From: Candidatus Hadarchaeota archaeon
Lineage (GTDB): Archaea > Hadarchaeota > Hadarchaeia > Hadarchaeales > Hadarchaeaceae
Direction: 5' to 3'
Length of the DNA stretch: 32,000 nt
Assembly: GCA_964514965.1 (NCBI GenBank)
Contig: CAZETV010000001.1
Location: 120,001-152,000, forward strand
Under the pieces are notes generated by a model. The model saw only the letters and a program-made list of their open reading frames with translations, made no database searches and had not been told where the DNA came from. Numbering within the stretch: the stretch's first letter is position 1; each line of letters starts with the position of its first letter. Positions 9,158 through 18,195 of this stretch are shown one piece after another. The translations under genes were made by a program, and so were the position numbers.

Positions 9158-9991
9158 TTGAATAGCAGTTGCGGCGTTAAAGCCGGAAGCCTCGGCGATG
9201 AGATCAAGCTCATCATCAGAGGCGACGATATGGGATTTTGTCATAGTGCCAATTTAGCTTTTGAAAAAACTTGTAAGGAGGGAATTTTGACTTCGGCTGA
9301 GATAATGGTTCCGCCTCCTTGGTTCAATGAATCAGTCGAGATGGCAAGAAAAAACCCGAAGCTTGACATCGGAGTGCACTTGGTTCTGACCAGCGAATGG
9401 CAGCTCTACTCCTGGGGGCCAGTATTACCAGCATCTGAGGTGCCCAGTTTGGTTGATAAAGATGGTCATTTCTTCTCGTCTAAGCGTTCCTTCTTGGCGG
9501 CTAGACCGAAACCGGCTGAAGTCGAAAAAGAACTCAGAGCTCAGATTGAACTGGCGCTGAAAAAAGGCTTGAATGTTTCGCATTTATCTAGCCATATGTT
9601 CGCGACAAAATTTACTCCTAAACTGAAAATGATTACGAAGAAACTTTCCGCAGAGTATAAATTACCCATCTCTGGTGATATGGGAGAAAAACGTGGCGAA
9701 TGGTTCCCCATCTATGATGTCCCGCCTAAAAAGAAAGAAAATGTCTTAACAAGTATTCTTAAGAAACTCACCCCTGGCCTCTGGATGATTGGCACTCATC
9801 CAGGATTGAATACTCCCGAAATGAAGGCGATGAAAACGGTGGACCCCCGTGGGCTTAAACAAGTTGCTGCTCATCGGGCAGCAGTCACCAAGGCTTTGAC
9901 CAGCAGAAGGGCTAAACAGATAATAAAAAACAGGAAAATAAAATTGGTAAGTTATCGTGACATACATTTCTGTGATTCAAAAAAAGTCTAA
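9158..9991 (+). CDS. YdjC/ChbG-type carbohydrate deacetylase (polysaccharide deacetylase-like)
   Basis: 277 aa; IIRGDDMGFCHSANLAF, ILTSAEIMVPPPWF, LDIGVHLVLTSEW, NVSHLSSHM, GTHPGLNTPEM. Confidence 0.8.
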   Translation: MNSSCGVKAGSLGDEIKLIIRGDDMGFCHSANLAFEKTCKEGILTSAEIMVPPPWFNESVEMARKNPKLDIGVHLVLTSEWQLYSWGPVLPASEVPSLVDKDGHFFSSKRSFLAARPKPAEVEKELRAQIELALKKGLNVSHLSSHMFATKFTPKLKMITKKLSAEYKLPISGDMGEKRGEWFPIYDVPPKKKENVLTSILKKLTPGLWMIGTHPGLNTPEMKAMKTVDPRGLKQVAAHRAAVTKALTSRRAKQIIKNRKIKLVSYRDIHFCDSKKV

Positions 9992-10003
9992 AATGGTGAC
10001 ACT

Positions 10004-11293
10004 ATACAATTTAAATTTCCAGGATTTTTTTTGTGGGGGACAAGTACCTCTGCCCATCAGGTAGAGGGAAACAACAGGAACAATCAGTGGTGGAAGTGGG
10101 AAAAAGAAGTTGGTTTAGAGGAATCAGGAATAGCTTGTGATCACTACAACAAATATAGAGAGGATATCGATTTAATGGCGGAGCTGGGCTACAACGCATA
10201 TCGTTTTTCCATCGAATGGAGCCGCGTAGAGCCCAAAAAAAGACAATTTGATGAAAAGGAAATCGAGCACTACAGAGACGTGATAAATTACATGAAAGAA
10301 AAAGGCATCAAACCGATACCCGTACTACACCACTACACGAACCCCTTATGGTTCATGAACGAAGGAGGATGGATCAAAGAAAAGAACGTTGAGTATTTCA
10401 TCGAGTTCGTGAGGAAAATTGTGGATGAGTTTGAGTTTGACTACTGGCTGACAATAGACGAGCCTATGGTGTATGCTTTTAGCTCATGTTTGGATGACAA
10501 GACTCCCCCAGCTTACTTGGTAAACAATAATTGGCCTCAACGAGAAAAAAGTTTTAAAATGGTTTTTAAGGTGGCTTCAAATCTCCTGCAGGCTCACGCC
10601 AAGTCCTACGAGACAATTCACGAGCATTCTAGGGGCAAGGTAAGTCTAGCAAAGGCGGTGAATATCCTTGAGCCAGCTTCGGGTTCTTCGTTGGACAGGT
10701 GGTCAACAGGCATGTGGGATTACATGGAAAATGGTGTGTTGTTGCAATCCCTGAAGGAAGGCAGACCGTTACCTCCGCTTTCAGGGGAAGAGTTCGGCGA
10801 GGTTCTCGATTTCTTCGGTCTTAATTATTTTTTGGGGCGGGTGTGCTACTTCGAGGAAAGTTCTCCAACTCCGCCTTGGTACTTTTTCCAGACCAAGGCA
10901 AAGGGAGGGGGTGAGGTTAACTCAATGGGGTGGTGGGTATACCCGGAGGGAATTTACAAGGCAATAAAAAGAGTTCATGAGATGTTTGGCCTACCGATAA
11001 TGGTTACTTCGAATGGGATAGGGACAGAGGATGACCTACAGAGGAGGAGATTCTTGGGCAGCCACTTGAAGCAGATTAGGAAAGGCATAGACAACGGGGC
11101 GGACGTAATAGGTTATCTACATTGGAGTTTCATGGACAACTTCGAATGGGCCGAGGGATTTGAACCCAAGTTCGGCCTGGTGGAGGTGGATTACAGTAAT
11201 CTTAAAAGAATACCTAGAAAGAGCGCATACATGTACGGTGAAATTGTCAAAAAGAATGGGATAGGCCCAGAGTTAGAGAAGAAATATCTATAA
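10004..11293 (+). CDS. Glycoside hydrolase family 1 homologue with altered catalytic motifs
   Basis: GH1 motifs IQFKFPGFFLWGTSTSAHQVEG, YRFSIEWSRVEP, HHYTNPLWF, LTIDEPMVYA, NYFLG, GYLHWSFMDNFEWAEGFEPKFGLVEVDY. The ORF track begins at TTG 10031, but homology extends upstream in the same frame; the start may be ATA at 10004 after GGTGA at 9995-9999. Canonical TENG reads TSNG. Confidence 0.88.
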   Translation: MQFKFPGFFLWGTSTSAHQVEGNNRNNQWWKWEKEVGLEESGIACDHYNKYREDIDLMAELGYNAYRFSIEWSRVEPKKRQFDEKEIEHYRDVINYMKEKGIKPIPVLHHYTNPLWFMNEGGWIKEKNVEYFIEFVRKIVDEFEFDYWLTIDEPMVYAFSSCLDDKTPPAYLVNNNWPQREKSFKMVFKVASNLLQAHAKSYETIHEHSRGKVSLAKAVNILEPASGSSLDRWSTGMWDYMENGVLLQSLKEGRPLPPLSGEEFGEVLDFFGLNYFLGRVCYFEESSPTPPWYFFQTKAKGGGEVNSMGWWVYPEGIYKAIKRVHEMFGLPIMVTSNGIGTEDDLQRRRFLGSHLKQIRKGIDNGADVIGYLHWSFMDNFEWAEGFEPKFGLVEVDYSNLKRIPRKSAYMYGEIVKKNGIGPELEKKYL

Positions 11294-11384
11294 TAGTTTT
11301 ATCGAGTTATTACGTTGACAAATTTTAGGTTAGAGAAGGGTGCTATTTGAAAAATCGAGAATTAATTCGCTTATCGGAACCTTG

Positions 11385-12245
11385 CTAAACAGTCGCTAAG
11401 CATACTCCGGTGAATATGATGACCATCCCCAAAATCGCTCTTCTGGAGGGTCGCTCCCCAACGAGGAGAATGCTGAGCAGGAAGCCGAAAGGTATCACGG
11501 CGCCGGCGACAGGTGCCAGCGCGCTTGCTTTTTCCATCCCCAGCGCGCTCAGGAATAAGAGGGGACCGATGAGAAAACCGATGGTGCCAGAGAGTAAGCT
11601 CAGCTCCAACCCCTTTTTGTCGAATTTTATGCCGGTCCTAATGTGGCGGACAGCCATTGCGATATTGCAGGCCACCGCTGCGGAGATTACCCTAATCGCA
11701 AGAAGCGTGTTTGCGGTCATCCCTTCATTAAGGCAAAATTTGTTGGGGGCAATTGCCGAACCCCACATGATTGCCACCAGCAAAGCTAGAGGAACCATCC
11801 TCTTCCAGCCATCGCCTGCTTTTTCCCCTTTCGGTGCCAGAAAGTATGCTCCAAGAACCACCAATGCAACCGATACAAAAATGAATGGTGTGATTTCCTC
11901 TCCCAAAAGCAAAACTGAAAAAAGAACGCCCCATACTGAATGGGTGTTGCCGATGGGTAAAACCCTGTGGGCGGCGTCCCTGTTCAATAAATAAAAGTAC
12001 AGCTCACATGCTACGAACCAAGAAACTACTCCAACGATGCTTGCTATCACGGTTAAAAAAAGTCCCGGGTAGCTCAAACTATCGGTCGACAAAGCGAATA
12101 GAACGATCAACGGTGCAACGAAAGTTGGTCTGATGGCGTTGAAGACCGATACGTCCAACTTCCTCAAAGCCAACTTGCCAGTCGTTTGGTCTGCCCCCCA
12201 GCAAAGGGCCGCAACTAGTGCAAGCGCGAATGCGAGAGAATTCAT
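11385..12245 (-). CDS. EamA/DMT-family transporter
   Basis: 286 aa, about ten hydrophobic segments in two similar halves; LVAALCWGADQTTGKLAL; HSVWGVLFSVLLLGEEIT and GFLLSILLVGERPSRRAILGMVIIFTGV. Confidence 0.85.
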   Translation of the reverse strand: MNSLAFALALVAALCWGADQTTGKLALRKLDVSVFNAIRPTFVAPLIVLFALSTDSLSYPGLFLTVIASIVGVVSWFVACELYFYLLNRDAAHRVLPIGNTHSVWGVLFSVLLLGEEITPFIFVSVALVVLGAYFLAPKGEKAGDGWKRMVPLALLVAIMWGSAIAPNKFCLNEGMTANTLLAIRVISAAVACNIAMAVRHIRTGIKFDKKGLELSLLSGTIGFLIGPLLFLSALGMEKASALAPVAGAVIPFGFLLSILLVGERPSRRAILGMVIIFTGVCLATV

Positions 12246-12278
12246 AGTTTAGAATAAGAGATATATAACATAAAGTTT

Positions 12279-13526
12279 GTGTGGGGAAAGAGGTCAGTTA
12301 AAATGACAAAATCAAGATTAAATGTTCCGGACGAAAGCCGAAACAATAAATCCATTAAATTGTTTCGGTTTTTTCAGACGGCTGGATGGGGTTCCTTTTC
12401 AATCTTCTTTCCGATTTATCTCGTGGAGTGTGGTATTTCTCTTGTACAAGTTGGAGTAATAATGGCAATCCCTGTGGTGATCGGGATCTTTACGAGTATC
12501 ATGTGGAGTTCCTTTTCCGACGCTATCGGAAGAAGAAAACCTTTTCTGATACAGTCGACTGTTCTAATGACATTGTTTACATTTGCGGTCACGCTGGTAT
12601 CATCGTTTGAGGGGTTTATCATTCTGGGCGTGTTTAGGGCTTTGTTTACGCCCATGGCTGAAGGATTGATAGTGGCGAGTTTGTTTAGAACGTCCAATTA
12701 TCGCAGTAGAGCCACGGCTTACTCGGGTTTTGCAATATGGGGATCCATCGGATGGGCCACCGCCACCGCGCTAGCAGGTGTTGCAGTCTGGGTTTTTGGG
12801 ACAACGGCGGCTTTTTATTTCGCGGGTATACTGTTCACCGTCGCGATTATTTTTTCTCTTCAAGTCCCAGAGCCTAGGGAAATTGATGAGGGCTCCAAAA
12901 CATCAGCACGTAGTTCGGTTCGACCAAGCATTATCGCGGGCTATCTCGCCCCAATACGTGGACTTTTGACGAATAAGAAAATGGTGATTCTCCTCTTTAC
13001 TTCTCTCCCCCTATTTGCGGCGATGAATGCGTCCGAGCGATTCTTTCCTATTTATTTGGAGTCCTCTGGGGCCTCATCCATGCTTATAGGCCTTACTTTC
13101 ACATTTCCTGCTCTATTGGAGATTCCAGTTTTTCTCCGAGTGGGAGGGCTATCCGATAAAATTGGCGTGAGAAAACCTTTGCTCATTTTCTCTGCAGCAG
13201 TGTACGGCCTGCTCTTCTTCCTTGTCGTGTTGACTTCAGATCCCGTTCTACTCTTAGTGGTATATTCATTACTCACACCATTAGCGTGGGCCCCTTTGAT
13301 TACAGGTTCGTCTACTTTGGTTTCGGAAATCGTGCCGCGAGATAAATGGGTTACGGGGCAGACTTTATTAACGATCTGGATGTGGTCCGTGGGCGGTATA
13401 GTTGGCCCTCTCATCGGTGGATTCACTTCGGAAGCATGGGGGTTGCCGGCTATGTTTGCCGTTGCTTCGCTATTTGCGGTAGCATCGGGGATATTCTTTA
13501 GAGGGGTCAGAGAAAAAAGGCTCTAA
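12279..13526 (+). CDS. Major facilitator superfamily transporter
   Basis: 415 aa polytopic protein; FTSIMWSSFSDAIGRRKPFLIQS, GVFRALFTPMAEGLI, GGLSDKIGVRKPLLIFS, GGIVGPLIGGFTSEAWG. An ATG at 12303 is an alternative start. Confidence 0.88.
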   Translation: MWGKRSVKMTKSRLNVPDESRNNKSIKLFRFFQTAGWGSFSIFFPIYLVECGISLVQVGVIMAIPVVIGIFTSIMWSSFSDAIGRRKPFLIQSTVLMTLFTFAVTLVSSFEGFIILGVFRALFTPMAEGLIVASLFRTSNYRSRATAYSGFAIWGSIGWATATALAGVAVWVFGTTAAFYFAGILFTVAIIFSLQVPEPREIDEGSKTSARSSVRPSIIAGYLAPIRGLLTNKKMVILLFTSLPLFAAMNASERFFPIYLESSGASSMLIGLTFTFPALLEIPVFLRVGGLSDKIGVRKPLLIFSAAVYGLLFFLVVLTSDPVLLLVVYSLLTPLAWAPLITGSSTLVSEIVPRDKWVTGQTLLTIWMWSVGGIVGPLIGGFTSEAWGLPAMFAVASLFAVASGIFFRGVREKRL

Positions 13527-13612
13527 GACCCTCAGGTCGCTAATCTTTCAGAGTGGCAATGTATCCGACAAACTGGTCAATGGTTGCGATAGATTAATCC
13601 TTTTCCAATTCA

Positions 13613-14176
13613 TTACCGGGGCATCGCTACTATTTCCCTAACATTTAGGTCCAAAAATTTCCTGGAATAAGACGGCTTCAGGACTATACAGGTATCCGCA
13701 CCATTGTCCGTGCCGGCGATGGCCAACACATCTCGGTCCACGTTTATGAGGCCCGCATCGGCCGCCATTAAAACTATTTCCACACATACCTTCATCCCTT
13801 GGGAGAACCTGTACAAGGTATTGGTAACTATCTCCTCCGCTTCGAATTTTTCGAACGCTTCTCCAACACCAGCGCTCAAGGAGTGCGGGCAGGTAAGCAC
13901 TCTCGCCCTTGCTTCCTCGAGCTTCTTTCGTTCTTGGCCGCTCATCACCCAGCCCTCCTCCTTGAAACCCTCGCAGATAGTCACGACGACGATGTTTACG
14001 CCCATCCTCCTGAATGAGTTAATCACCCTCATACCCGTGCCACCATGACTCGAGGCAACCACAATATCTGTTATGCCAAGCTCGCTTGCTCGCTCCTTTG
14101 CTAGCTCAATAGTCTTATCCGTATTCTCTGGTCCAGGTTTATCGAAATAGAATATTTTCTTTTCCATACCATTCAC
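13613..14176 (-). CDS. Stand-alone pyruvate kinase alpha/beta (C-terminal-like) domain protein
   Basis: 187 aa; IFYFDKPGPENTDKTIELAKERASELGITDIVVASSHGGTG, LSAGVGEAFEKF, VLAIAGTDNGADTCIVLKPSYS. Confidence 0.75.
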   Translation of the reverse strand: MNGMEKKIFYFDKPGPENTDKTIELAKERASELGITDIVVASSHGGTGMRVINSFRRMGVNIVVVTICEGFKEEGWVMSGQERKKLEEARARVLTCPHSLSAGVGEAFEKFEAEEIVTNTLYRFSQGMKVCVEIVLMAADAGLINVDRDVLAIAGTDNGADTCIVLKPSYSRKFLDLNVREIVAMPR

Positions 14177-14205
14177 CCTCAGTTTATCCCATGTACATTA
14201 CTTCG

Positions 14206-15306
14206 CTAAATCTCAATCATCTTATACTTGATTTCGCCCATCCCCAGTTTTTCCGCTACGCGCAGTTGAATCATGCTGTCCACACGGTTAATTCTCCCGA
14301 GCCTGTCCGGGCCGTCGTCGGCCAGCGCGCCGGGCACCGCTTTGGCTTTGTCGATGAGATCGAGCGATGCCTTGTCGATCGCGACCGGGTCCAGCGATGC
14401 AAGAATGCCCACATCAGCCACCACAGGATTGCCGGGTTGGGCGTAACAGTCGCAGAGCGGGGTAACATCTTGAATGACATTGATAAAGCAAACTTTGCCA
14501 TTGAACTTTTCCAAAACCGCCGCCGCTGCATGGGCTAGGTAAATTTGCATGCGCTCGTTCGCGCCATCCGGGATTTCCATAGCTTTGTTCGGGCAATCCC
14601 CATAGCAGGAATTGCAACTCATGCACTTCTCCATGTCCCTGCGCGCTTTTCCGCCCTCGACCCGCATCGCCCCGTAGGCGCAACTTTCCACGCATTTGCC
14701 GCAACCGTTGCACTTCTCCAAATCTATCTCAGCTAAGTTGGCCCTGTGCACGGCCGCCTTCCCGTGTTTAGCCACGCACCCCATTCCTACATTCTTGATC
14801 GCGCCGCCGAAGCCCGATAACTCATGTCCCTTTGTATGAGACACTACCACCATCGCATCAGACTCGGCTATGGATTGGGCAACTTCAACATCGTCGAAAT
14901 TACAGCCATCGACCTTCCTGCTCACGGGTTTTTTTGTGATATCGTATCCGAGCAGGCCGTCCGCGATTATTACTGGCGCGCCCATCGATTCGCCCGTGAA
15001 TCCATTCGTGGCCGCCGTCTGAAGATATCCCACGGCTGTCCATCTCGATTGGGGGTAGAGGGTAGTGGTGTCTGTCACGAAAGGGCGCCCTCCCGCCGTC
15101 TTTACAAGTTCCACTATTTTTTTCACGATTCCGGGTCTAACATAGGTCACGTTTCCAAGTTCGCCCATATGTGCTTTGACAGCTACCAAATCATCTTTGC
15201 GTAAGAATCCTGTTAGTGGCAGTTTCCCGAAGAGAGCCTCTATGCCTTCATGAACGGACTTTGCGGCCCCGCGATAATTGAAGAAGAAAACTTCGGACAT
15301 TTTCAT
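14206..15306 (-). CDS. DUF362-domain protein with two 4Fe-4S ferredoxin motifs
   Basis: 366 aa; VAVKAHMGELGNVTYVRPGIVKKIV; CNGCGKCVESCAYGAM and CMSCNSCYGDCPNKAM clusters; DPVAIDKASLDLI. Confidence 0.85.
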   Translation of the reverse strand: MKMSEVFFFNYRGAAKSVHEGIEALFGKLPLTGFLRKDDLVAVKAHMGELGNVTYVRPGIVKKIVELVKTAGGRPFVTDTTTLYPQSRWTAVGYLQTAATNGFTGESMGAPVIIADGLLGYDITKKPVSRKVDGCNFDDVEVAQSIAESDAMVVVSHTKGHELSGFGGAIKNVGMGCVAKHGKAAVHRANLAEIDLEKCNGCGKCVESCAYGAMRVEGGKARRDMEKCMSCNSCYGDCPNKAMEIPDGANERMQIYLAHAAAAVLEKFNGKVCFINVIQDVTPLCDCYAQPGNPVVADVGILASLDPVAIDKASLDLIDKAKAVPGALADDGPDRLGRINRVDSMIQLRVAEKLGMGEIKYKMIEI

Positions 15307-15545
15307 ACCTCCATTTTAGTATCACGTGCGAAGCCGTTATTCACGACCAGCTGCGTGTACCCGTGGGTGCTTTTCTTAGTGATGCGCTTCTGGATAATTT
15401 CTATTGAGGACAAAATTTCTATCACCGACTTAGGTTTGGTATATATATCCTAAAAATATTGCTGAAATAACATCAGCGGAGTTCGCGAAAAAGTTTGAAG
15501 GAAAATATCCGCGCCGTTGAAAAAGAAGTGAAGTATGATCTATGC

Positions 15546-16472
15546 CTATTCTGGATTCATCGGTGAAAATTTCGCAATCAGGCGTAACACATCGTTTAAG
15601 GTCGGAAGGGAGGGTATGCCCCCCAATCCGTTGGTGGTCAGCGCGCCGACCGCGTTCGAGAATGATGCCGTCCTCTCTATCCTCCACCCCTTCAAGGTTC
15701 CGTATATTACACCGCCCATGAAGCCGTCCCCAGCTCCGATCGTGTCGCGCACCTCGACTTTGTACGGGTCGGAATATCCCTTCGAATTTTCGTCTGCGTA
15801 ATAGCACCCGCGATTCCCCAAGGAGATGAACACTTTGTCCACGGATTCAAGCAACCTCTCAGCCGCATCCTCGATGTCCAGCCTTAGTATAAATTTGACC
15901 TCCTCCTCGTTCAACTTTACCACATCCGCCATCTCAAGGCCCACACCAATCCACTTGCGAGCTTTCTTCATGTTTTTCCATAGGCTCAGCCTGAGGTTAG
16001 GGTCGTACGTGACTGTGAGACCGTTCTTCTCCGCTATCTTCACAGCCTTCAGGGTAGCACTCCTCGCTGGTTCAGTTACTAGGGAGATGCTACCGAAGTG
16101 GAAGACTTGGGCGCCAGCTATATAGTCATCATCTATTTCATCCGGCTTCAGCTGTGCATCTGCGCCCCTGTGGAACTGGAAATGGTGCTCCCCATCATCG
16201 TCAATCGAAACGAATGCCCGCGTCGTGTTTGCCCCTCTCTCAAGGCGGACGTTGCTCGTGTCCACCCCCTCCTTTTTTAAGATATTTCTCAGGGGCCTGC
16301 CGAACTCATCGTCCCCGACCTTGCCGATGAACCCGGACCTCAATCCCAAGCGTGAGCAAGCGACCGCGACGTTCGCTGGGGCCCCTCCAGCCGCCTTCTC
16401 AAAGGAAATTCCCCTATTCGTTGGAACGAAATCTATCAGAAGTTCCCCAAGGGAGATAATGTCGATGTTCAT
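15546..16472 (-). CDS. PfkB-family carbohydrate kinase (fructokinase-like)
   Basis: 308 aa; IISLGELLIDFVPT, AGGAPANVAVACSRLGL, GKVGDDEFGR, VRDTIGAGDGFMGGVIYG. Confidence 0.88.
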   Translation of the reverse strand: MNIDIISLGELLIDFVPTNRGISFEKAAGGAPANVAVACSRLGLRSGFIGKVGDDEFGRPLRNILKKEGVDTSNVRLERGANTTRAFVSIDDDGEHHFQFHRGADAQLKPDEIDDDYIAGAQVFHFGSISLVTEPARSATLKAVKIAEKNGLTVTYDPNLRLSLWKNMKKARKWIGVGLEMADVVKLNEEEVKFILRLDIEDAAERLLESVDKVFISLGNRGCYYADENSKGYSDPYKVEVRDTIGAGDGFMGGVIYGTLKGWRIERTASFSNAVGALTTNGLGGIPSLPTLNDVLRLIAKFSPMNPE

Positions 16473-16545
16473 TCAGATCAATACCGTGCTAGTTTCACCT
16501 GTTATTCCTTAACTATACGCTCGTGCTGAGGACTTTCTCTAAAAA

Positions 16546-17517
16546 TTACCGGATATGCTGGAGTACTTCAGTGTTGACAACGTTTTTCGGGAGTTGCCCT
16601 TTCAAGACTTTAAGAATATTTTCACAAGTTACTATGGCAACTCTTCTGAGGCCATCAGTCGTCCAAGCAGCAGAGTGGGGGGTCAATAGGACGTTATCAA
16701 GATTGAATAAGGGATGCTTGGACACTGGTTCATTCTCCAAGACATCTATCCCAGCACCTGCGATCCAGCCCTCTTTCAGCGCCCTGTAAAGCGCGTCATC
16801 CTTTACTATTCCCCCTCGTGCGGCGTTCACTAAGACTGCACTACTCTTCATCAGCCGGAGTTCCTTTTCGCATATCATTCCTCGGGTTTCATCCGTAAGA
16901 GGGCAATTTATGCTGATGTAGTCTGATTCCTTTAACAAAGTCTTGAGGTCAACCACTTGGGCGCTGACCCCTTTCGCCTTTTCATTCGAAACATACGGGT
17001 CATAGGCGAGTACATTCATGTTAAAAGCTTCGGCCATCTTCGCTACAAGATATCCGATGTTGCCGAGCCCAATGATTCCGAGGGTTTTATTCCAGAGTTC
17101 ATCACCTATAAGCTGGTGTCTTTCTCTCCATCTACCGCTCCTAACTAACCTGTCTCGTGACATAAACTTCTTTGAAATAGCTATTATCATCCCAATGACA
17201 TGTTCTGGTACGGACGACCCCTCAACCTGCGGTATGTTAAAAACTAAGACTCCCTTTTTAGTACAAGCGTCCAAATCCACGCTGTCCACTCCGACTCCGT
17301 ATCTACCAATGACTTTCAGTCTCTGTACTCCTTCTAGCGATTTTTTGGATATCTTCGAATCCCCCGCTATGATCGCATCAACATCGCGGATGTCTTTGGC
17401 TAAAACCTCCCCAGAAAATTTTTTGATGTATCTTATCTCGGCGATATCCTCGAGCAACTTTAACCCAAATTCGACTTCGGGAAGCGGCTCCGTAATTAAA
17501 ATTTTATATTTCTTCAT
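16546..17517 (-). CDS. D-isomer-specific 2-hydroxyacid dehydrogenase
   Basis: VIGRYGVGVDSVDLDAC, GLGNIGYLVAKMAEAFNMNVLAYDPY, VNAARGGIVKDDALYRAL, LTPHSAAWTTDGLRR. The track starts at 17556; internal ATG at 17517 (MKKYKI...) gives an ATGA overlap with the upstream aldolase stop. Confidence 0.87.
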   Translation of the reverse strand: MKKYKILITEPLPEVEFGLKLLEDIAEIRYIKKFSGEVLAKDIRDVDAIIAGDSKISKKSLEGVQRLKVIGRYGVGVDSVDLDACTKKGVLVFNIPQVEGSSVPEHVIGMIIAISKKFMSRDRLVRSGRWRERHQLIGDELWNKTLGIIGLGNIGYLVAKMAEAFNMNVLAYDPYVSNEKAKGVSAQVVDLKTLLKESDYISINCPLTDETRGMICEKELRLMKSSAVLVNAARGGIVKDDALYRALKEGWIAGAGIDVLENEPVSKHPLFNLDNVLLTPHSAAWTTDGLRRVAIVTCENILKVLKGQLPKNVVNTEVLQHIR

Positions 17518-18191
17518 TTTAAGGCATGCCTCGCTTCTTTTATCCATTTGATGCATTGTTTAACTTTCTCCTTTATACCTTCGAAATCTCCTGCTTTCAC
17601 TAAGTCTTTATCGATAAGCTTGCCGCCGATATTCAAGGCTGCCGCACCTGCTTTAATCCAGGAGAAAATATCTTCGTGAGTAGTTTCTACCCCGCCTGCA
17701 GGCATTAGTTTAGACCAAGGACAAGGTACGAGCACGGCTTTTATGAAATAAGGCGTCACCACTTTTGCTGGGAACACCTTTACGATGTCTGCGCCCATCT
17801 CCTCAGCTTTAGAAATTTCAGATGGGCTGTTGCAACCTGGAACATAAGTCACTTTGCGACGATTACAAATCTTTGCTACTTCTGGGTTGAAGAGAGGGCC
17901 AACTATGAAGTTCGCCCCACTATCGATGTAGAGAACTGCGGTGGTGGGGTCTATTATCGTTCCAACACCCAAGATGAGGTCTGGAAGTTCTTTGTTGGAC
18001 CATTTCGCTAACTCGGTAAAGACTTGGTATGCGAAGTCCCCCCTGTTGGTAAATTCGACGACCGTGGCTCCGCCGTCGTAGCAGGCTCGGACGATTTTCT
18101 TCGCTATCTCAACATCTGCATGATAGAAAATTGGAAGTAATCCGATATCGAGAAGTTTGGCTGTAACTTCGTGTTTTAGGAATTTCGGCAC
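17514..18191 (-). CDS. KDPG-aldolase-like (bifunctional 4-hydroxy-2-oxoglutarate/KDPG aldolase family)
   Basis: 225 aa; GLLPIFYHADVEIAKKIVRAC, VVEFTNRGDFA, ILGVGTIIDPTTAVLYIDSGANFIVGPLFNPEVA, GADIVKVFPAKVVTPYFIKAV (Schiff-base Lys), LMPAGGVETT. Confidence 0.87.
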   Translation of the reverse strand: MPKFLKHEVTAKLLDIGLLPIFYHADVEIAKKIVRACYDGGATVVEFTNRGDFAYQVFTELAKWSNKELPDLILGVGTIIDPTTAVLYIDSGANFIVGPLFNPEVAKICNRRKVTYVPGCNSPSEISKAEEMGADIVKVFPAKVVTPYFIKAVLVPCPWSKLMPAGGVETTHEDIFSWIKAGAAALNIGGKLIDKDLVKAGDFEGIKEKVKQCIKWIKEARHALK

Positions 18192-18195
18192 GTTA

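Noticed and set aside
14191-15204. Several plus- and minus-strand ORFs over the DUF362 gene
   Set aside because: Only the minus-strand 14206-15306 frame has coherent ferredoxin and DUF362 motifs; the others are overlapping shadow frames.
17018-17551. 177-aa plus-strand ORF
   Set aside because: Antisense to the 2-hydroxyacid dehydrogenase; low-complexity serine/threonine-rich translation typical of a shadow frame.
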